Below are positions 10,054 through 19,444 of a DNA stretch of 64,000 bases, piece by piece. The notes under the pieces were generated by a model, which saw only the letters and a list, made by a program, of their open reading frames with translations, ran no database searches and was not told the DNA's origin. Source of the DNA: an uncultured Verrucomicrobiae bacterium (GTDB lineage Bacteria > Verrucomicrobiota > Verrucomicrobiia > Chthoniobacterales > JAFAMB01); assembly GCA_963813025.1 (NCBI GenBank), contig CAWEXO010000013.1:512001-576000 (forward strand), read 5' to 3'. Every line of letters starts with the position of its first letter. Position 1 is the stretch's first letter. Made by a program: the position numbers and the translations under genes.

Positions 10054-10569
10054 TTAACGAGCATGGGCAGACGCGCTCACGTTCACCTGGCTTTCGGCGA
10101 TCGAGGTCAGCTTTTTGTTGGCTTCTCCTTCCTCCTCGAGGGTTCGCTGCAAAACAGTGGCAATCTCTTCCTCGCCGAGTCGCCGGGCTAAAGTACGCGC
10201 TGTGCCATAACCGGCCATCTCATAATGCTCAACTCTCTGGGCCGCACCGATCAGTCCGGCGTCGCGCACATCATCATCGCCTTCCGCTTTAATCATCAGC
10301 TCGCCTTCCTTGATCAGCCCTTTCATGGCTTCACAAGTTTCGTCGGAGGCCTTCTCGCGGAGCCCGTCGAACACATGTTCGAGACGAGCGGCGTGCTGTT
10401 TCGTTTGTTCAAGGTGGTGCTGAAACGCGGATTTCAAATCCGGCGTTTTCGCGGCGTCTGCCATCTTTGGGAGCGCCTCGATCAGCTGGTGCTCCGCGTT
10501 GTATAGGTCGCGAAGCTCTTCCAGCAACAGATCACGAAGGGAATGCATCTTTAAAGATTTCAATCTCAT
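10054..10569 (-). CDS. Ferritin-like DUF892 (YciE/YciF family) protein
   Basis: LRDLYNAE, HLEQT..H, CEAMKGLI.E, AQRVEHYE and TL.EE. Confidence 0.92.
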   Translation of the reverse strand: MRLKSLKMHSLRDLLLEELRDLYNAEHQLIEALPKMADAAKTPDLKSAFQHHLEQTKQHAARLEHVFDGLREKASDETCEAMKGLIKEGELMIKAEGDDDVRDAGLIGAAQRVEHYEMAGYGTARTLARRLGEEEIATVLQRTLEEEGEANKKLTSIAESQVNVSASAHAR

Positions 10570-10786
10570 ACCCAATCGTTCGCGGCTGACCTCGCAAAGG
10601 GTTTTCTGATCCCGGCCTTGGCTGGAGGGATCGGGAAAAAAATCCGCGAATGGTTTTCCCAGCTGGAAACTGAGGGGTTGCCGCAAGCTGAGCAGTGCAT
10701 TCCATATCCGGGCCGCGACGAAGACTCGTTCGAGCGGGGCGCCAGGATAGGCCGTGCTCCAGACGGCTCAACCAGTTCTCGCCTGC

Positions 10787-11206
10787 TCAAGCTTCCAGCC
10801 GCTCGATAATGAACCGTCCAAACGAGTTGATAAAGGCGCAACCGTGCACCTTCAGAATTTCGGCAAGTTCCTCGCGCGTCTTACCCTTCTTTGCTACGAC
10901 CGCTACGACCGCTTGATTTTCCTGCAGGGCTTGCCGGTATTTTTTCAGGTAAACTGTATCCTTATCGCCAAAGTCAGCCCCGGTGCTCGCCAGTTTTGCC
11001 ACGAGCCCCTCCTTCCCAATCGAGGCATCGAGCTTTTCAGCATCCGTCGGACCAGCTAACAAGCCGATGTCCTCCGAGTCGATGCCTGCCTCGTGCAAAG
11101 CCTTGACGACGGTGGCTGACTGATTCCGATCCTCGATGATCGCGAAGACCTGGTTGACGGGATGACCGAGTTCTTCCTTGCCTTCGAATTTAGTTGCGTC
11201 ATTCAC
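10787..11206 (-). CDS. Hypothetical protein
   Basis: 139-aa ORF whose GTG start overlaps the DUF4142 stop (GTGA). Confidence 0.7.
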   Translation of the reverse strand: MNDATKFEGKEELGHPVNQVFAIIEDRNQSATVVKALHEAGIDSEDIGLLAGPTDAEKLDASIGKEGLVAKLASTGADFGDKDTVYLKKYRQALQENQAVVAVVAKKGKTREELAEILKVHGCAFINSFGRFIIERLEA

Positions 11207-11703
11207 CGTTTCGCCATCGACTTCTCGATCCCCTCGACCATCGTCAAATGGCTCTCCACCACTGGAAGGGTATTATTGATATAGGTCTTTAGTTGCGGAT
11301 CCTTAACTGTTGCCTGTGCTTTCCGATAAGCCGCGGCGTCTTTTCGGTGATCTCTCACCATCGCTGTTACGTAGACATGGTCAAACTTCGGACCGCTTAG
11401 TTTTTGCAGTTCATTATAAGTTGTTTTCGCGTCGCCTTTGAGCTGATCCGGCATGGTCACGCCGGCTGCCTGGGCAATTGGTGCCAGATTATCGTTTGCC
11501 TTCCCATGGTCAGTTATCATCCGGTTGGCAAAATCCTTGACCTGAGAATCATGGGCCTTTTGTTGGGCCAATTGGGCCAATTTGATTTCCGCGGTGTTTC
11601 CGGCGGCTGCGTTCTCGACGAACTGCCTTTCAGCCGGCGTAAGACTGGCGCCGTGAACAATCGAAGCGAGGCTTAACAAACACAGTGCAATGGGTATTTT
11701 CAT
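11203..11703 (-). CDS. DUF4142 domain secreted protein
   Basis: Signal peptide; AEIKLAQLA, VKDFANRMITDH, FDHVYV..MVRDH and LPVVESHL. Confidence 0.9.
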   Translation of the reverse strand: MKIPIALCLLSLASIVHGASLTPAERQFVENAAAGNTAEIKLAQLAQQKAHDSQVKDFANRMITDHGKANDNLAPIAQAAGVTMPDQLKGDAKTTYNELQKLSGPKFDHVYVTAMVRDHRKDAAAYRKAQATVKDPQLKTYINNTLPVVESHLTMVEGIEKSMAKR

Positions 11704-11906
11704 GATTTTACTGAGTTTTAGTTCGCGGGAATCCACCGGACCGGATCCCGGCGAACGCTTTTTTCTGAGACAGTCTGGTGCTCCTTCGAGAGACCCTATT
11801 CCAGAAAGGTCTGCCGGTCCGTCAATCCAGAAAAAAAAGCTGGGAGACGAGAGCCGAACAAATCGCCGGACTTGCACGTCGAAGGTAGCTGATTCGAAGT
11901 TGATCT

Positions 11907-13010
11907 ATGTGTTACACCTGTATCGCTCTGTTGGTCTCCGCACTGCCCTTCACCCAGCCAGCTGAAGCAAACCCAAAGAAAACTGGCGGCGAAATCGTCG
12001 CCAGTCCCACCGAAGCTCCGAACGTGGCTGTGCCCGAGCCGAACCCGAGCGTTCTGCCTTCCGCATCTCCGGCAGCCAGTCCGTCAGCTCCGGCTCCCTT
12101 GTCATCAGGCTCTCCTTCCGTTCGTCTGCCTATCTCTGATGAACAGACTATCGTGCGACTCGAGATCTTTCTCGACCAGCAAGGTTTCCGCCCCGGAAAG
12201 ATCGACGGCCGGTGGGGAGAGTTTTGCGGAAAAGCACTCCAACACTACCAGAATGCCAAGGGCCGCCCCTCGAGTGAAGAGATTGACCCGGACACCCTTC
12301 GAGAACTCGAGCAAGTATCTCCGGTTTACATGGAATATCGGATCAGTCCGGAAGATTTGAAACAGGTTGGATCAGTGCCGAGGACACCAGCTGGGGAGAG
12401 CAAGCTCAAATTTGTCCCTTATAGTTCCTTCCTCGATTTCGTTGCAGAAAGGTTTCATGCGGATCCGGGTTTTCTTGCCAAGATAAACCCAGGGCTGAAA
12501 ATGAATCGGCTGAAGCCCGGAGTTTCGCTGAAAGTGCCGAATGTAAGCGCTTTTGAGATTGAAAAACTTCAAAAGCAGGACCTCCCACCGAATCCTTCCT
12601 TTGCGCCGCGCCTGATCAAAGTTGATACGCACGCCAAAATGCTGGACGTGCTCGAGGGCCAAACCGTAATCGCTTCCTACCCGATTACTCCGGGATCAAA
12701 GGCGCTTCCTGCGCCGATCGGAACCTGGAAAGTGGTCCGCCTGACCGTCCTGCCAATCTTCCGGTGGGACAAAGAGATGCTCAATCACGGCCGGCGCAGT
12801 AGCGATTTTTATAATGTTCCACCGGGCCCGCGAAACCCCGTCGGAATCGCCTGGATCGGAATTAACAAAAAGGGTATCGGCGTCCACGGCACAAACCATC
12901 CTGATTCCATTGGGCGCGCGGCCAGTCACGGCTGCATTCGTCTTGCCAACTGGGACGTTAACTCGCTTGTGGGACAGGTAACGGTTGGCAATACTGTCGA
13001 GATCTACTAG
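11907..13010 (+). CDS. L,D-transpeptidase with peptidoglycan-binding region
   Basis: PGKIDG PG-binding motif, PPGPRNPVG and catalytic GVHGT..SHGCIRL. Confidence 0.92.
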   Translation: MCYTCIALLVSALPFTQPAEANPKKTGGEIVASPTEAPNVAVPEPNPSVLPSASPAASPSAPAPLSSGSPSVRLPISDEQTIVRLEIFLDQQGFRPGKIDGRWGEFCGKALQHYQNAKGRPSSEEIDPDTLRELEQVSPVYMEYRISPEDLKQVGSVPRTPAGESKLKFVPYSSFLDFVAERFHADPGFLAKINPGLKMNRLKPGVSLKVPNVSAFEIEKLQKQDLPPNPSFAPRLIKVDTHAKMLDVLEGQTVIASYPITPGSKALPAPIGTWKVVRLTVLPIFRWDKEMLNHGRRSSDFYNVPPGPRNPVGIAWIGINKKGIGVHGTNHPDSIGRAASHGCIRLANWDVNSLVGQVTVGNTVEIY

Positions 13011-13023
13011 AAATTGCCTATCT

Positions 13024-14112
13024 CTAACGGTTCCCCGTTTTTTTGCTTGATGCCAAACTTTGGTGCCAAAGCGCGATCAGCAGGTTTTTGATCCTTGCGA
13101 CTCTCGACTCCTCAGATGCGATGAATTTTCCGTTGTGACCCCTTGGGCTCAACTTTCCCCGATGCGCTTCTCGGCGATTAACTGTGTGCGTATGGTCTTC
13201 CTCCACGGACTTTATGCTCGCGTTGTCGCGGACCGCGAGCTCCGCGTCGCCACCTGCCTTTTGGTCAAGCTCCGACCGCGGCGGAGACGTCACGCTCGCC
13301 CACGGGTCTCCCGGCGTAAACGAATGCGTATCCTGATCCTGAGAGCCCTGGTGAACCAATGGCGTTGGGCTAGGCTGCACAGGTAACGACAAGCTGGAAC
13401 GCCCTGGGGTGTACGCCGGTTTCGACGTCGATGCATCTCCGTCAGTCTGGGTTGGTGAATTCAGAGAAGTGCTGGGGCCGGAGGAGCTCGGTCGGACGGT
13501 ATTCGTTGCCAGTGGCACACCGTGTTTGGTTTGGGGCGTTGCGAACCACAAGAGGTACACAGCCGCAAGAGCCGATGCGGCGATCGCTACGTGTATCAAA
13601 TCCTTCGAAGTGCAAGTTTGCGGCACGAAGCTCCGAGAGTCCGAAAAAGCTGAGGTTGCCCTCGTCTTTACGGTAGTGTGAGGAACGATTGCGCGGCAAG
13701 GGACCGTAGCCTCAGGTACCAGATCCTTGATCCGAGCCGTTAACGCTTCCAGATGCTGCTCCGGAGAAGGACTGGATGCGTTGAACCAGCAAACCTCGCC
13801 GAGATAAAAAAGAAAGTTGCGACGTGGAGGGATGTTCGTTACTCGGAACGCGACGATCGCGCGTCCAGTGTGAAAAGCATATGCGATTTCTCTTTCTATA
13901 TGAGGTGCCGCATTGGAATTTTCGGAGAACACAAGGAGCAATACCCGACTGGACCTGATCGCGTTTCGAATCGCCTCCCTCCAATCTTCGTCCGCCGAAA
14001 TGTCCCGCGGGGCGATCCAGCATCTCAGCTGGGCAAATTCCAGCTTTTCGCAGATTGCCTCGGCAATTTTTTTGTCCTTGGCTGCATGACTAATGAAGAC
14101 GTCGTGGGCCAT
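13024..14112 (-). CDS. TIR-domain protein with a transmembrane helix and low-complexity tail
   Basis: HDVFISHA.KD, CWIAPRDI and FSENSN..HIEREI; TM segment LIHVAIAASALAAVYLLWF. Confidence 0.85.
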   Translation of the reverse strand: MAHDVFISHAAKDKKIAEAICEKLEFAQLRCWIAPRDISADEDWREAIRNAIRSSRVLLLVFSENSNAAPHIEREIAYAFHTGRAIVAFRVTNIPPRRNFLFYLGEVCWFNASSPSPEQHLEALTARIKDLVPEATVPCRAIVPHTTVKTRATSAFSDSRSFVPQTCTSKDLIHVAIAASALAAVYLLWFATPQTKHGVPLATNTVRPSSSGPSTSLNSPTQTDGDASTSKPAYTPGRSSLSLPVQPSPTPLVHQGSQDQDTHSFTPGDPWASVTSPPRSELDQKAGGDAELAVRDNASIKSVEEDHTHTVNRREAHRGKLSPRGHNGKFIASEESRVARIKNLLIALWHQSLASSKKTGNR

Positions 14113-14293
14113 AGCTGAAAGTTATCGCATTTTCGTTTAGTTCAAGCCAGTTCACCCTGGAAAACGCAGTAAATCGATCGCTGTCCAGAGCCGATCACCT
14201 CCTAAACCTTTGCCGCCATTCTGCCGATTGGCAAGAACTCTGAGACCAGCAGAAGGCCATCTGTTCCGCTGTGAGCGAATGGCTTTAACAAAT

Positions 14294-15169
14294 ATGAGTA
14301 CAAAAGATCCAAGGGAAATTTACAAAAAGCCACCCTACTCGGCGAAGGAACAACCTCCTCCCGGAACCGAAGAGGCAATGAGTCCCAAAGTTGATCATGG
14401 AGAGTCGAGCTATAAAGGCACCGGTCGGCTCGAAGGCCGCCGCGCGCTTGTCACCGGGGCTGACAGCGGCATCGGGCGCGCGGTTGCTTTGGCCTTCGCG
14501 CGCGAGGGGGCGAACGTCGCGATTTCGTATCTATCCGAAGAAAAAGACGCCCGGGAAACCGAACGTCTCGTTACCGAAGCCGGTCGCAAGTCTGTCCTTC
14601 TGCCCGGGAACATCGGCGAGGTTTCCCAAGCAAAGGCGATAGCGCAGAAGGCCATCGAGGCGCTAGGGAATATCGACCTCCTGGTGAACAATGCCGCTTT
14701 CCAGCGTTCCTACGATAAATTCGAGGGTATTCCCGATGAGGAGTTTGAGGAAACCTATCGCATAAATGTTTTTGGCATGTTCCGCCTTTGCAAGGCGATC
14801 CTCCCGCAGATGAAAGCGGGCGGGTCAATTATTAATACAGGGTCAATTCAGTCCTTTGATCCCAGTCCGCATCTTATTGCCTATGCCTCGACCAAGGCGG
14901 CGATCGTCAGCTTTACCCGATCGCTTGCCAGCTTTGCGATCGAGCGAGGCGTGCGAGTGAACGCCGTCGCGCCCGGTCCTGTTTGGACGCCGCTGATTCC
15001 CTCTACGTTGCCTCAGGAGAAGGTGACAAAATTCGGTTCACAGACCGTCTTCGGACGTGCTGCACAGCCCGCGGAAATCGCTCCGATTTTTGTATTCCTG
15101 GCTAGCGATGAAGCCAGTTACGTCACTGGGGAAATTTACGGAGTCACCGGAGGTCAGATGCCCATGTAA
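14294..15169 (+). CDS. SDR oxidoreductase, YghA/general stress protein 39-like
   Basis: DHGESSYKGTGRL, TGADSGIG, YASTK and APGPVWTPLIP. Confidence 0.92.
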   Translation: MSTKDPREIYKKPPYSAKEQPPPGTEEAMSPKVDHGESSYKGTGRLEGRRALVTGADSGIGRAVALAFAREGANVAISYLSEEKDARETERLVTEAGRKSVLLPGNIGEVSQAKAIAQKAIEALGNIDLLVNNAAFQRSYDKFEGIPDEEFEETYRINVFGMFRLCKAILPQMKAGGSIINTGSIQSFDPSPHLIAYASTKAAIVSFTRSLASFAIERGVRVNAVAPGPVWTPLIPSTLPQEKVTKFGSQTVFGRAAQPAEIAPIFVFLASDEASYVTGEIYGVTGGQMPM

Positions 15170-15182
15170 CCCTTGCCACGAC

Positions 15183-15590
15183 CTAAATCCCAGGCCGGCC
15201 CTCTTTGGCGTGTTTGTCTGGCCGCCTGACGTTCTGGTAAAGCTCTCGGGCGAGGTATGCGCTGATTACCGGCTGGGCGAACGACCAAACTTTTCTCGCA
15301 TTGCCAGGCGCATTCCGCTCTGGCTGAGGAGGAGGTACAACCTGTTCCGACCTACTGAGATAATCCGGCCACAGGTAAACCTTTTTTCGACGCGCAGGAA
15401 CACGTGATAGTAAAAAGCCGGTCAGCACCCCACCCATAATCCATTGCCAGGGATATTTCTGAACGGATGCTCTCAGCCGGCGAGGAACATTGTAATCTTT
15501 TTTTAGCTCACTCACCTGCACCGCCATTTTCTGGCGATCCTCTTCCAACCGTTCTGCTAAGGAACCTTTGTCTTCGACTGGGTCAGCCAT
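15183..15590 (-). CDS. Hypothetical protein (YqjK/DUF3618-like)
   Basis: Coiled N-terminus and PWQWIMGGVLTGFLLS anchor; follows the YqjE-like gene. Confidence 0.65.
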   Translation of the reverse strand: MADPVEDKGSLAERLEEDRQKMAVQVSELKKDYNVPRRLRASVQKYPWQWIMGGVLTGFLLSRVPARRKKVYLWPDYLSRSEQVVPPPQPERNAPGNARKVWSFAQPVISAYLARELYQNVRRPDKHAKEGRPGI

Positions 15591-15982
15591 TCCTTGTCCT
15601 TTTCAAGATCTTTCAGGGTCATTTGAAATACCGGCTTCCTGAGCCGCATTCGAAGCAGAAGAAAAGCAATTAGCGTCGAAAGTGTCAGGATTGCGCCGCA
15701 AATAAGGGCGCTCCAACCCCAAGCCAGATGCAAAAGGCGGGCGACCAAATACAAGAGAAAAGCCCCGTACATGAGGACGCTGGAAACCGCGAGAACGAGG
15801 ACCACGCCGAGGAGTATGAAGAGCCCAATGAAATGGCCGGATGCCTCCTTGGACTCGACTGAAACCAGTCGGGCTTTCAAATCAACGTAATCAAGGAAAA
15901 TCGAAGCCCAGCTCGCGACGGGCCGGCCTTGCATTGCTTCTTTTATGCTCGCCTCGCTCTGTCCTGGAGTCTCTGCATTCAT
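15557..15982 (-). CDS. YqjE-like (phage holin family annotation) membrane protein
   Basis: LKARLVSVE, two TM helices and F..T..DL.KD.EWL. Confidence 0.75.
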   Translation of the reverse strand: MNAETPGQSEASIKEAMQGRPVASWASIFLDYVDLKARLVSVESKEASGHFIGLFILLGVVLVLAVSSVLMYGAFLLYLVARLLHLAWGWSALICGAILTLSTLIAFLLLRMRLRKPVFQMTLKDLEKDKEWLTQSKTKVP

Positions 15983-16159
15983 TGGCCTCAAGAGATTCGA
16001 AAAATGTCTCGCCAGTGGTTCTCTGCTGGTTGCGTTTTTTGGAAACCTGCGGCGTTTGAGAAAACTCTCGAGGGACGCCCAAATCCCAGCGTGGATGGCG
16101 GGCGGCACTGGGGGTTGGGCTCTGCCTTGCGTAAGGCCTCGCGGGTTACGGGAGCGACG

Positions 16160-16498
16160 TCACCCGGGTTGTTCTCCGTAGGTTTCAGGTTTCTCCGTCT
16201 TTTCCAGTGAGGGCATGATCCGGACAGAACCTGGCGGCTCCGAATTGACGTCTAAGACCTTCTTTGTTTCGAACGATTCCAGCGCTTCACGAACCGTGTC
16301 GGCGTCAGCAAAATCCATCTCTAAAGTCAACTCAGGTGTGATGATCTGAATGGTGAAGTTTCCAGGTTCAGGCAGCACCTGCACTTTGGTGATATCGTTG
16401 TAAAAAATTATTACGTCGTCTTTCGAGTCAGTGATGGTATCAAGCCCCCGAACTGCAAACTCTTCTCCGGGATCTTCGGCGATCGTTAGGCGCGTCAT
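16160..16498 (-). CDS. Hypothetical acidic protein
   Basis: 112-aa ORF from ATG 16498 with protein-like composition. Confidence 0.6.
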   Translation of the reverse strand: MTRLTIAEDPGEEFAVRGLDTITDSKDDVIIFYNDITKVQVLPEPGNFTIQIITPELTLEMDFADADTVREALESFETKKVLDVNSEPPGSVRIMPSLEKTEKPETYGEQPG

Positions 16499-16613
16499 AT
16501 TGGCTAAAAATTTGTCGTTGCAACCAAACACAATTCGCCTGAGCCGAGGCCGATGGTTGCCCCGCGAGGAGAAAATCTTCCGTACTGTATGCGCGGCTGT
16601 AACTGATCTTTGG

Positions 16614-17990
16614 TCATCCGGTGGTAAAAAACATCCCAATCGCGGCTAAGGCCATGATCAGAGTTGCGGCCCATCCAAGAATCTTCAAATGGTTCGGCAG
16701 AGTGAGCTTCCTCATAATCTTGTAATTGCTGGCCATCAGCATCACAAAAACCATGATCGGCGCTGCAGTGACGCCGTTGATAATTGCTGACCAAACCAGG
16801 GCACGGATCGGATTAATTTTGGTAAAATTCAGTCCGAGTCCGATCAGGGTTGATATGGCGAGGACGCCATAGAACGCTTTTGCTTCCTTGGCTTTGCGCT
16901 CCAGTCCCACTGGCCAGTGCAACGCCTCGCCAACGGCGTAGGCGGCAGATCCACCCAGTACCGGCACAGCCAGTAAACCGGTGCCCACAACTCCAAGGCT
17001 AAAGAGCAGCGAGGCGAACTCACCAGCAACCGGTCGAAGCGCTTCGGCGGCCTGCGCCGCCGATGCAATATCCGTTTTTCCGTGCGTATTGAGCGTGGCT
17101 GCTACCGTCAGAATGATGAAGTACGCAATCAGATTGGAGAACGCCATTCCAACATAAGTATCGATCCTGATTCTCTGAAACTCTTCGGGTGCGCGGCCCG
17201 GAATTTTTCGAAGAGACTTTTCTTTTGGAGGGCTCTTCATCTGTTCAACTTCCTGGGCCGATTGCCAGAAAAAGAGATAAGGGCTGATCGTCGTGCCTAA
17301 GACTGCAACCAGAGCTCCCATATACTCGCGCGTGAACGAGATGCTTGGGATAAAGGTCCCGCTGAAGGCCCGCCCCCAGTCAATTTGCACCACAAAAACA
17401 GTTCCCACGTAGGCGAAAAGAGAGAAAGTGAGCCATTTCAGAATCGATGCATAGTTTTTGTAAGGAACAAAAACCTGTAGCAGTACCGAGATGGCTGTAA
17501 ACAGGATGCAATAGAGGAGTGTCGGACCGCCGACCAGTAGATTAACCGCCGCGCCCATTGCGCCAATATCCGCGCCAACATTGATGATATTGGCGAAGAG
17601 CAATAACGCGACAATCCCGTACAAGACCCGGGATGGATAGCAACGTTTGATATTCCCTGCTATGCCATTTCCGGTAACTCGGCCAAGCCGAGCACTAATC
17701 TCCTGAATTCCGGCCATAAATGGGTAGATGAAGGGCATAGTCCAGAGCATCGCGTATCCAAACTGCGCTCCGACCTGCGAGTACGTAGCGATTCCGCTTG
17801 GATCATCATCTGCTGCCCCCGTGACCAAGCCAATGCCCAAAGGTTTAAACAGCCGGGCAATCCAGGACAAAGACGCTGAGAGAGACAATTTTCCGGGAGG
17901 TTCAGGTGCGAGGGCTCCGTTTCCCGACCCCGCCGCGTCGATTAAGGGATCCGGTTCAACACTCTCCGGTTCTTCGTTTCGTGGCACCAC
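16614..17990 (-). CDS. NRAMP-family divalent metal transporter
   Basis: GAADDDPSGIATYSQ and GTTISPYLFFWQ; multiple TM helices. Confidence 0.92.
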   Translation of the reverse strand: MVPRNEEPESVEPDPLIDAAGSGNGALAPEPPGKLSLSASLSWIARLFKPLGIGLVTGAADDDPSGIATYSQVGAQFGYAMLWTMPFIYPFMAGIQEISARLGRVTGNGIAGNIKRCYPSRVLYGIVALLLFANIINVGADIGAMGAAVNLLVGGPTLLYCILFTAISVLLQVFVPYKNYASILKWLTFSLFAYVGTVFVVQIDWGRAFSGTFIPSISFTREYMGALVAVLGTTISPYLFFWQSAQEVEQMKSPPKEKSLRKIPGRAPEEFQRIRIDTYVGMAFSNLIAYFIILTVAATLNTHGKTDIASAAQAAEALRPVAGEFASLLFSLGVVGTGLLAVPVLGGSAAYAVGEALHWPVGLERKAKEAKAFYGVLAISTLIGLGLNFTKINPIRALVWSAIINGVTAAPIMVFVMLMASNYKIMRKLTLPNHLKILGWAATLIMALAAIGMFFTTG

Positions 17991-18190
17991 TTATTCGGTT
18001 TTGAGTTCTCTATACCTTATATAAGTGCGCGGGAGTTCTCTAGCTTGAATCTGCAGGCGCAGGCTATGATGGTACCGGAGACTTTTCTTCTGAGCGCACT
18101 CGGTCGCAGAGAAGCGAACACGGTTGTTCAACTCCGCTGTCGTTACGCCTGCGAGCTTGAATATAAACCAGAGTACCTGAACGAACTGCT

Positions 18191-18424
18191 ATGCCTGAAT
18201 GCGAAGTCTGCGGTAACGAGTACGACAAATGCTTTGAGATTACCCTGGAGGGTAAAACCCATATCTTTGACAGCTTTGAATGCGCTATCCACGCAATGGC
18301 GCCGACTTGTCCTTGCTGTGGGTGTAAAATCATTGGACACGGGGTCGAACAACAGGGGCAAGTCTTTTGCTGCGCGCATTGTGCGAGAGCTTCTGGCAAG
18401 ACTGATCTAAAAGATCGTTCCTAA
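18191..18424 (+). CDS. Small Cys-rich metal-binding protein (metallothionein/TRASH-like)
   Basis: 77 aa with 11 Cys and 4 His: CEVC..FDSFEC and CPCC..FCCAHC. Confidence 0.85.
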   Translation: MPECEVCGNEYDKCFEITLEGKTHIFDSFECAIHAMAPTCPCCGCKIIGHGVEQQGQVFCCAHCARASGKTDLKDRS

Positions 18425-18554
18425 AAAGCCCGGAGCAAGGGTCCCACTGCGCGTTGGTGAAGGGATCTGGTTCCGCGCTTCTCGACTCTTCATGCCGTGC
18501 CATTACTCGTTGAGCGTTTTGCTCCTTGACTTCGGCGCGGCCACGCACCCTGTG

Positions 18555-19124
18555 CTATTTGTTTGTTAACTGCCCGGCATCAAGCAAGTAGGCATTATTC
18601 GCCTCACTGATAATCGCCACGGCTCTTTTCCGGCCTTTCCACCCCAAAATTCTCGGGTTTTTCGCGGTAAAAAACGTTGTGCTCAAGAAAAATTGTTCGA
18701 TTTCCTCGCGCAAACGTGTTGGCAACTCAGAAGCGCGTTCAAATTCTCCCAGACGATCGTGCCATCGGGGCATCACAATGACTCGGTCATTTCTTTCGCG
18801 TTTGCCTCCCTGATCGTCCTGGTCCATTTCGATGACGCCTAACGGCTGACAGGGGAGCAGGACTCCCGGATAAGTTGTCGCATCGTGGAGAATTAGCACA
18901 TCGAGCGGATCTCCGTCCGGAGCCCGGGTGCTTGGAATAAATCCCCAGTCAAATGGATAGGATAAGCCAAGCGATAAAGCATGCGAGACAGTAAAGACTG
19001 CGAGTGCGGGCTCGTACTTGAGTTTGACCATTGAGCCCTTCGGCGCTTCGACCACGGCATGCACCGATCCATCCTCGCCATAGGTTGGCAAGTTAGAAAG
19101 CAAATGAGGATCGGTATTTTTCAT
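18555..19124 (-). CDS. ppa: Inorganic pyrophosphatase, family I
   Basis: E.PKGS..KY, YPFDWGFIP and DGDPLD. Confidence 0.9.
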   Translation of the reverse strand: MKNTDPHLLSNLPTYGEDGSVHAVVEAPKGSMVKLKYEPALAVFTVSHALSLGLSYPFDWGFIPSTRAPDGDPLDVLILHDATTYPGVLLPCQPLGVIEMDQDDQGGKRERNDRVIVMPRWHDRLGEFERASELPTRLREEIEQFFLSTTFFTAKNPRILGWKGRKRAVAIISEANNAYLLDAGQLTNK

Positions 19125-19444
19125 CTTCGTTGGTCGTTGACCCCCTTTTCCGGTGTGAAGGGCAGTGGCACTCTGTAAACATCAGAATACCTCTTATTTA
19201 CTGTAATCAGCTGATACTCAAGATATTATAAGCGCACGACCTCAACGATTGAGGTTGGCGACTCATCTGGGGCTCGGCCGCCAGGATCTCCAGTTCCTCC
19301 CGCGCGGCGACAAGGCCTGCGCGCCGTAGCCGAGCGCAGCGAAGAATCGGCTCGCCTGATCTTTTTACCAGTACTTTCCCCGACCTCCATTGACTGGGAT
19401 AGGAACGATCTTCGAAGGATTGTTTTCCCGGCTTCTCCGTCCCA

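Noticed and set aside
15557..15982. Prophage lysis gene
   Set aside because: YqjE-type 'holin' genes are common stress-operon members, and no phage genes are present in the window.
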